Assembly (NCBI RefSeq): GCF_036321535.1
Contig: NC_087437.1
Span: 90,336,001 to 90,400,000, forward strand
DNA length: 64,000 nucleotides
Direction of reading: 5' to 3'
Source: Camelus dromedarius
Lineage: Eukaryota
This document shows, one piece after another, positions 56,301 through 64,000 of the stretch. The notes under the pieces are model-generated. The model was not told where the DNA came from, made no database searches, and was given only the letters and a program-made list of their open reading frames with translations. Every line of letters begins with the position of its first letter. Position 1 is the stretch's first letter. The position numbers and the translations under genes are program-made.

Positions 56301-58238
56301 TGTGTTAAACTCACTAAAATTACTTCTTAGGTAATTATCATTGTATAAGTAGAATGGTAAGTCTCTAGAAGAAACTAATTTATAAACGATTTTAAAATAC
56401 ATACGTAAATTTGCTTCCTATCAAAATTGGTAGAACAAATATCAGGTTACTCTAGTCTCACTTTTCTACATTGTATCAGCTCAGCTGAGAAGTGTGAGTA
56501 AATGTAGGGCTCCATTTTAACCAACTTGGCAGACATCAAATTTGCTTCATTATGTTTTAATTTCATTTTAAATGAAAATCTATTACACCAGTGTACAAAT
56601 GGGGATATCAGTTACAGATTCATCTCAGGAACTGCCCTAGAAGCACCTCTCCTCCCACCTAGCTTTGCTAATTACCTTACCTTCAATCTCCTACCTGTCA
56701 GCCCTCCTGCTGGAAAGGACTCATTTATTTCTATCCTCCCCCAATCAGCATCTCCTCTCCCAGCACACCGACCCTCCCCAAGGAAAGTCGACAAAACCAC
56801 TTCTGGAAAAACCTGTCTAAATTTTAAAATAATAACACTTTCACTCTCGGAGTATAGTGGATATATGCCTTAGTGCAGATATTTGATATGCAGGGCAGTT
56901 TTTCATTTAATAGCATTTGTAATGACATAACAGCAATAGTTTCGGACTAATGTTGGAAACATTATTTTATGTAAATAAATTCTTCTCAGTTCAATTCTTT
57001 GATTTTCCTTTGATCTATGGCTTACAAACCTCACATGGCTTCTTTATATTCCCTTTTGTTTGCTAATGTTATGTTTCATAAATGAAATTTACAAAGGAAT
57101 CATCATAAAACTTAACAGTTCATGTGAAGATATATTTGCTTGTATCAATGTGTCTTAACCTGGTTCTGTGTGTCAGCACCAGTGAAGATAATGGTCACCA
57201 TGGCAGAAATACAGTCCTCTGATTTATATAGTAGGAAGGCTGGGCCTCTAAATTTTGTCTGGGGATATCCAGCAATGTAAAAAACCTTAAATTGAGAGAG
57301 TAGATAGATGTTAAGCAAAAAAGGAAGAATGTTCTAGAAAAAAGGGAAAACTTGTCCAAAGTCCTGGCATAACAAAAGGCTTTTACTTCACATAAAAGAA
57401 GAAAATAAAGCCTGAAAGAACTGCAGGTTTCCAGGTGGGAGAGTTACAAATGTAAATTTGAAGCAACAAGAAGACATCAGAATATGCATCACGTTTTAAA
57501 ATCTGGACTAATTTTAAAGGCAAAAGGAAATAATTGGAGAGTTTCCAACAGTGGAGGTACATGATAAATATTATAGTTATATGTAGAATGAATTTTAGGC
57601 AGTGGTTGTGAAAGAGAAGGGATTTGGAATCAAAGAGATTAAACTGTTGGACTAATCTGTGAAAGAGGTGAGGGGGTTACACTTAGAAATAAAAGCTGAG
57701 CCTCAAGATTGAAATGCCAAACAAATAGGTCTAAGCTGATGTGCAGTGGTAAATTCTGCCCATAATCACCTGTGCATCTAAAGCAAGAATTCATACATTC
57801 ATTCACTCATTCATCCATGTTTATTGGACATGTACCAGATAAGCAATGCCATGGATATTAGCAATGCAAGATGCTGAAGATGTGGCAGTGAACATTACAC
57901 ATGTACATAAAATTCAGAAATTTAGAAATTAGGAGACAGATTTATTTTATTTATTATTATTGAGTAGTAGTCATTTTACAATGTTGTGTCAAATTCTAGT
58001 GTAGAAAACAATTTTTTAGTTATACATGAACATATATATATTGTCACATTTTTTTCACTATGAGTTACCACAAGATCTTGTATATATTTCCCTGTGCTAT
58101 ACAGTATAACCTTGTTTATCTATTCTGTGTTTTAAAATCCCAGTCTGTCCCTTCCCACCTCCCACCCCCTTGGCAACCACAAGTTTGTATTGTGTCTATG
58201 AGTCTGTTTCTGTTTTGTGTTTATGGGTTTTTTTGTTT

Positions 58239-58611
58239 TTAGATTCCACATATGAGTGATCTCACATGGTATTTTTTTTTTTTTCTCTTTCTGGCTTACT
58301 TCACTTAGAGTGACATTCTTCAGGAACATTCATGTTGCTGCAAATGGTGTCATGTTGTCATTTTTTGTGGCTGAATAGTATTCCATCATATAAATATACC
58401 ACAGCTTCTTTATTCAGTCATCTGTTGATGGACATTTAGGCTGTTTCCATGTCTTGGCTACTGTAAATAGTGCTGCTATGAACATTGGGGTGCAGGTGTC
58501 ATTTTGAAGTAGGGCTCCTTCTGGATATATTTCCCGGAGCAGGATTCCTGCGTCATATGGTAAGTCTATTCCTAGTCTTTTGAGGAATCTCCATACTGTT
58601 TTCCACAGTGG
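58239..58611 (-). pseudogene. L1 ORF2p final ~124 codons only (no endonuclease, RT or CCHC)
   Basis: [20 protein letters not shown]...[13 protein letters not shown]...MEYYSA; homologous to 34143-34511; internal stops and an A-run frameshift. Confidence 0.9.
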
Positions 58612-58754
58612 CTTTCCTTGCTTCCCTCTCCCACTCTTAATGATTTAAATGTCTTCTTTTACAATTTTGTGTTTATTCTTTTTGTAATTCATGGCAGTTA
58701 TCTACTTTCCGGTTATGAGTTTCTCATTTTTGTAGCATCCTGCTTCTCTTCTAT

Positions 58755-59653
58755 TTACAGTAGACCTGTCACTATTTCTTTTAGCATGGGTTTAGTGTTG
58801 CTAAACTCTTTTAGTTTTTGCTTGTCTGTGAAGTTCTTTATCTCTCCTTCTATTCTAAAGGATAGCCTTGCTGGATAGAGTATCCTAGGCTGCATCTTTT
58901 TTTCATTCAGGACTTTGAATATATCTTGCCACTCCCTTCTGGCCTGTAGTGTTTGCGTAGAGAAATCAGCTGAAAGCCTTATGGGGGTTCCCTTGTAACT
59001 CACTCTTTGTTTTTCTCTTGCTGCCTTTAGGATGATTTCTTTCTCCTTGACTCTGGCCATCTTGATTATGATATGTCTTGGTGTGGGTCTGTTTGGGTCC
59101 TTCCTGTTTGGGACCCTCTGAGCCTCCTGTACTTGGATATCTGATTCCTTCTTTAGGTTTGGGAAGTTTTCAGTCACGATTTCTTCAAATACTTTTTAAT
59201 CCCCTTTGTTTTTCTTCCCCATCTGGAACCCCTATTATGCGTAGATTGGCACACTTTATATTATCCCATAGTTCCCTTGTTGTTTTCATTGTTTTTTATT
59301 TGTTTTTCTCTCAGCTGTTCTGATTGGGTGTTTTCTGTTGTCCTGTCTTCTAGGTCACTAATTCGTTCCTCTGCATTATCTAGCCTGCTTTGTACAGCCT
59401 TTAGGTCAGCTCTCATCTCAGCAAATGAATTTCCTAATTCTACTTGGTTCTTCTTTATAGCTTCTGTTTCATTTTTGACATATTTTATATCTCTAAACAC
59501 TATTTCTTTTAGTTCCTTCAGCACTTTGATCACTCCTTTTTTGAAATCTTGATCTAGTAGGCCATCAATGTCTATTTCCTTGATCATGCTTTCAGGGGAT
59601 TTCTCTTGATATTTTAATTGGAAGCGGTTCCTCTGCTTCTTCATATTGCTCAT
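58755..59653 (-). pseudogene. L1 ORF1p (coiled coil, RRM, CTD), frameshifted
   Basis: RLDNAEERISDLEDR...ELWDNIKCANLRIIGVP...ENFPNL...QEAQRVP...PTPRHIIIKM...ILKAAREK...PIRLSADFS...YPARLSF; at least two frameshifts between ~59280 and ~59190. Confidence 0.95.
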
Positions 59654-60971
59654 ATCTCTCTGGCACTGTGGCTTAAGGAGTATCAGTTATCTAGTTCTCC
59701 TGGAGATGGTGTGCTCTTAATGATTTTATCCAGAGGTCTTTGTGTCTTCATCCTGTTTCATGAACTCAGCTTGCTGTTTCCAGAGGCCCTCTGTTGGCGC
59801 CCTCATCTGTGCTGCTCCCAGTGGCTGTTGGCTAGCAGATCGTGCCCCCTCCTAACACTGGGTCAGGTGCTGAGGTCATTCCCCCTCCCAATGCCACAGT
59901 CAGATGCTGCACTCAGGAGGCAGGTGGACGGATCACTCCCCCTCCCAGCACCGTGGTCAGGTGCTGCGCTCCTGCCAGGAAGGCCGTTGGCCGCCCACCC
60001 TCTCCAGGCGCTGGTCGCTCTGCTGCTCTGTGCAGCTGCCCGCTCTGCCTCAGGTTGGCACTCCAAAGGTGGGCTCAGGGAAGACTACGAAATGGCCCCG
60101 CCCCTGCTCCATGCCAAATCTCAACTCCTTGTCTGTCTTGGCTGCGCAAGTTCTCTGAGGTGCCAGGGCAGAAAGACCCTATCTGCCTTGGGCTGTAAAC
60201 GAGACTCAGTCCTGCCTAGGAAGTTGCAGAGGCCCCAGGTCCGGATTCAGGTCTCGGCCCCACCCCTGCCCGGGCACTATGTGCAGGAGAAGATGGCAGC
60301 TGTGGCTGCGCTCCGCCTCTCCTCGCGAGAAGCGCCAGTAATGGCGGTGCAGGTCTGAGGAGATAAAGGCTATGATGCCCCTCCCCCTAGGGCACACCAG
60401 CAGTGTTGCTTTGCTTTTTTCACAATTTATGGGGGACCGAGGTTGTTCTGTTCCTTATCCCCTCCCAGCCACGGTGCGCAGAACCCTGCAGTTCCCTGGG
60501 GCTGCCTCAGTGCAGTTGCCCCAGTCCTCTGCCTGACTTGGGCGGCCCGTCCTGGCCCCAGCTGCTGGCTCACATCTCGGGCTGGGTGTCACGGGGACCC
60601 TCCGTGGCTGTTTAACTCAGTTCTGTTGGTCAAGTGGTGCTCGGGGCAGATCTGAGCCTCGGAGGCTCCCCCTCAGTCCCGCTGGCCTCTCTGATGGAGA
60701 GGAGAGACACAGCAAACGAGCGCCAGTCCTCCTTTGCTGCTCCCTCCCCGCGGGATTGGTCCCTCACTGTTTTGCTTTTTTCTTCTTTCTTTTTTCCTTT
60801 TCTCCTACCAGATTTTTGGCGTCTTCATCTTTCGAAGAGGGCAATGTTCTGTCGGAGTTTGGCTGGTGCTCTGGTTGGCTAAGTGGGTCCGCAGATGTGA
60901 GTTTTGGTGTATTTGTGGGAGAGGGTGAGCTACAAGCATCCTTCTACTCTGCCATCTTGCCTCTCAAGACC
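59654..60971 (-). promoter_or_regulatory. L1 5'UTR internal promoter (GC/CpG-rich)
   Basis: The only extended GC-rich island in the window; YY1 site gccatcttg at 60951-59, about 12 nt from the element's 5' end. Confidence 0.8.
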
Positions 60972-62323
60972 GAGACAGATTTCTTAAAAGTAAAATTTAC
61001 AAATTTGTGATGAATGCTACAACAGAAATTAGTAATTTTAATTAAGACTGTGATCTCTTTTATAATATTTTTTGTTTGTTAGTTTAAGAATCAATGTGCT
61101 GTAATGGAGAAGAGTTTGGGGAATGTGAAAATGAAGACACATAAGAGTAAAAGTAGTGTAGAGGAATTAGGTGTCAAACAAAGCAGTGGCAGGAGAAACA
61201 GGAAAAGAGACAGATTTGAGATATATTTAAGAGGTAGAAGCAATGGAAATTGAAAATAGTTTGGCTGTTAAAAAAAAGAGAAAAATTAAAATGAAAATGA
61301 AAAGTGAAGGATGATTCTTAGGACCTTGACTATGAAATAAGAACAAGCTATTTACTGATATGAAGTAATTTTTTCATAATGTGCTTGAAGTTGGAACCAT
61401 TGTTGAATTTTGGACATGGCAACATTGTGAGACATGCAATAAAAGCACTAAACTGGTAGCTGAGCTAGTTTGATCTAGAAACCTAGATGATTCATTTTAG
61501 ACAGCTAATAGCCACTAGATCAATCATAAAACAATGAATTATGGAAAATGCAAACATTTTATTGTTTATAAAAATGACAACAATTTTGTTTTTTTCTCTA
61601 CTTCATAAAATATCTACATATACCAGTTATCTTAAAATGAAAAGATCAAAGCAACAATTTATCAAAAAATAGAAACACATATTCAAAGTAGTTAAAACCA
61701 TGACAAGAGTAAAAGAAAAAACAAAGCAGAGGACTATTCTGTGTTTCTTTCCTGTAGAATTGATTCAGTGGTAGAGCTGACAAAATATAGCATTAAAGAG
61801 CCTAATCTGTAAAATAATTATCTATATTTCATTAATAAATAGATGTCTCTGAAATAAATTCTTTCCCCTTTGGCCACAATGTGTGCTCTACATCAGTTTA
61901 ACCTTAAATAGATAATAACCTTACATTTTTAAGTCTATATTTCCAACAATTTATATAAGTCTGCTACTCTTCTCACACAGAAGAGGTCACAAAACCTGCT
62001 TACTGAAAATTCATCAAGAAGAAATGTTGCACTTATCATAGGCTTTAGACAAGAAGTCATATAAACTTGAGAGTAGGTTTCTCATATTTTATTATTCCTC
62101 TCTACTTCCAGCTATCACCAAAATACAAAAATGTTTTTCAGCACAGGGTGCATCATTTGCATGATTTTAAGTGTGGCTACCTTATAAAACTACAAACAAA
62201 AGAGCACAAGGGATTCCATTTAATATAGATTAAAACAAAATTAAATATAGATTAAAATAAAAATTAAAACAAAAAATTTATTTCAAACATTAAAATGATC
62301 AATTTAATCAAAGTCAGGCCAGA

Positions 62324-62470
62324 GGGGAGGATATAACTTAGTGGTAAAGCACATGCTTAACATCCACAAGGTCCTGGGTTCCATCCCCAGTACCTCCTCT
62401 AAAAATAAATAAATAAACCTAATACCTCCCCTCGCCAAAAATAATTAATTAATTAATTAATTAATTAATT
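62324..62470 (+). mobile_element. tRNA-derived camelid SINE (vic-1 type)
   Basis: ggggaggatataacttagtggtaaagc (A box)...ggtcctgggttccatccccag (B box), AT-rich linker, (TAAT)n tail; 14-bp TSD AAAGTCAGGC(C/T)AGA at 62310-23 and 62471-84. Confidence 0.9.
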
Positions 62471-64000
62471 AAAGTCAGGCTAGATTTTGAAAATCTAGTC
62501 ACATATACAACTATTTACTCAATTACCACACGTTTCCTAGGCTGAAGAGACACTTAACATTTTTTGAATTGATGTTTAAAGATTGTTCTCCTTACTCATT
62601 AGATGAAACTCAGTGGCTGAAGCAAAAAGATATCTTCAAATAAAAAAATTAGAAATGCATTACAATGCAATTTACAAGATAAATACTGACGTGAAATATT
62701 TCATATTGTTTAGATATTTCTGAAACAATTTTTAAAAGAACTTTCAGCAAATATTTCTCTACTTAAATTGATCAAAACTTAAAAAAAGTAGAAAACTAGT
62801 TGCAGCAGTTTATAATATATTTTAATACATAAATTAAAAAGCAATTTAATGTTTATATTTTAAAACAGTATGGAATTTGAAGTTATATTTTACATTCAAT
62901 ACATGCAGACTACTGAGAACTATTTTTCCTGTGCATTCTACACTTAAACAAGCACTCCAGCTTAATCAACTCCTGGTAATCCCCACCCACCCTGCTATGA
63001 GTCTTAAACTCTCTGGCTGGAGAGCATAGAATTTTGTTGAGTTGAAGGAGATACCGGAGAAATCAAACAGGCTAATAGGCTAACAAAAATTATTTTTAAT
63101 CTTTTTTTTTATTAGTGCATAGAAAAAGTCCACTATCAATTTATGACACTATTATTCCCAAGTAAAGCAAAAACAAAGACAAACCAAAACAAAAACTAAG
63201 AAATGCTTCCATAAGAATTCACTTCTCTAAATGACCATTGTCAATTTCAATATTTCATTGTAATTATCATATCTAATAATGCATAATTATCAGATTGAGA
63301 AACAAGTTTGACGAACATACTTACATAGGCATCTTACAACAAGCTCACATAAGATGAACATATCCATTGTGACTATTTTTAATATTCACATAGATTACTT
63401 GTCATAATAAAAATTAAAATTAAGTTTTCAAATCAAGCCAAAAAAGACTTACATAAATTCATATACCCAAAATATGAGAGCTATTTTATATACAAACCTA
63501 CCTGATACACATTTCTCTCATATTCAATTTAAATATCAACTCAATATATGCCTGAAAAAAATTGGGGTATGAACTAAAAGAAGGTTAAAATATTAGCACT
63601 TAGCAATGCTGAGCCAGTTCACTGGACTAAAACACACTGATAAACAACAGTTACATGGAAATCCAGAGAAACTCCTTGTTTTAGCCAATAGAGACGTGGG
63701 AGAAAAAAGAAATTCAATTTGTTTGGCACATCAACATTTCAAAGCAGAAAAAGGAACATTTTTCAGTATATGAAGATAAACATAGTACAAACAGAAAAGA
63801 ACTGTGGGCAAGAACACCTCATGCTGTCCTATTTTACTCTGTTTTCTTTAGGGTATTAAAAATTCAAACCCCAAGCTTGTTTTCAGTACGGGCAGTCTGG
63901 AAGCCAAAAGTAAATAAATGTACCCTAATTAAGACAAAAAAATGTTCTAGTTAAAGGGTAGAAATACTACTGTTCATTCCTCAGCCCTGAAATATTATTT

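Larger units (their letters stand above)
57944..60971 (-). mobile_element. ORF1-only 'half-L1' (HAL1-like or spliced L1), complete 5' end to tail, ~3.0 kb
   Basis: TSD GAGACAGATTT at 57933-43 and 60972-82; YY1 motif CAAGATGGC at the 5' end; GC-rich 5'UTR; ORF1; spacer fused at ~58612 to the ORF2 tail; 3'UTR and A-rich tail. Confidence 0.93.
57785..61480 (-). mobile_element. L2 3' fragment interrupted by the half-L1 insertion
   Basis: cattcattcactcattcatccatgtttattg...gaagatgtggcagtgaaca...ggagacagattt | cttaaaag...tgtgatgaatgctac; L2 motifs resume after 60982. Confidence 0.55.

Noticed and set aside
56526..56873. 115-aa proline-rich ORF
   Set aside because: TTG start, reflects a C-rich patch, no recognisable homology
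59078..59552. Plus-strand ORFs of 81 and 91 aa
   Set aside because: Antisense shadows of L1 ORF1
62324..62396. tRNA-like sequence
   Set aside because: It is the SINE head, with tail and TSD, and its stems are degenerate; not a tRNA gene
62955..63060. Possible multi-stem RNA hairpin (TCAACTC/GAGTTGA, CTCTC/GAGAG, CTATG/CATAG)
   Set aside because: Stems of 5-7 bp are expected by chance and there are no miRNA or snoRNA hallmarks
63502..63551. 50-nt minus-strand exon candidate (ttttttcag|...CAG|gtaggt; AYIELIFKLNMREMCI)
   Set aside because: Splice sites are plausible, but length is not 3n, the peptide is unrecognised and no compatible neighbouring exon was found

Overview
AT-rich, CpG-poor mammalian DNA that looks like a large intron or gene desert. 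It is most likely camelid, based on a vic-1-type tRNA-derived SINE at 62.3 kb. I cannot identify any host protein-coding gene, and most ORFs in the track are noise or repeat-derived. The window is a mosaic of ancient repeats (L2, MIR, MER3, MLT1, old L1M 3' ends, ERV LTRs), microsatellites and four younger insertions with readable target-site duplications (TSDs): a 410-bp ERV1-type solo LTR (32328-32737), a 5'-truncated L1 (33479-34838), the SINE (62324-62470), and a ~3.0-kb 'half-L1' on the minus strand (57944-60971). The half-L1 is the most notable feature. It has a complete 5'UTR, ORF1 and spacer joined directly to the last ~124 codons of ORF2, the 3'UTR and the tail. The junction (GGAAAG|CCACTG) falls exactly at a CAG acceptor-like site that is visible in the related L1 copy within this window, suggesting a spliced or HAL1-type non-autonomous element. 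Other leads are an unexplained G-poor, A-tailed segment at ~49 kb, a TATA/CpG-rich candidate first exon at 39.2-39.5 kb, a frame-preserving 75-nt minus-strand exon candidate, and an inverted (TG)n/(CA)n pair. Repeat family names come from recalled consensus resemblance, not from a database search.
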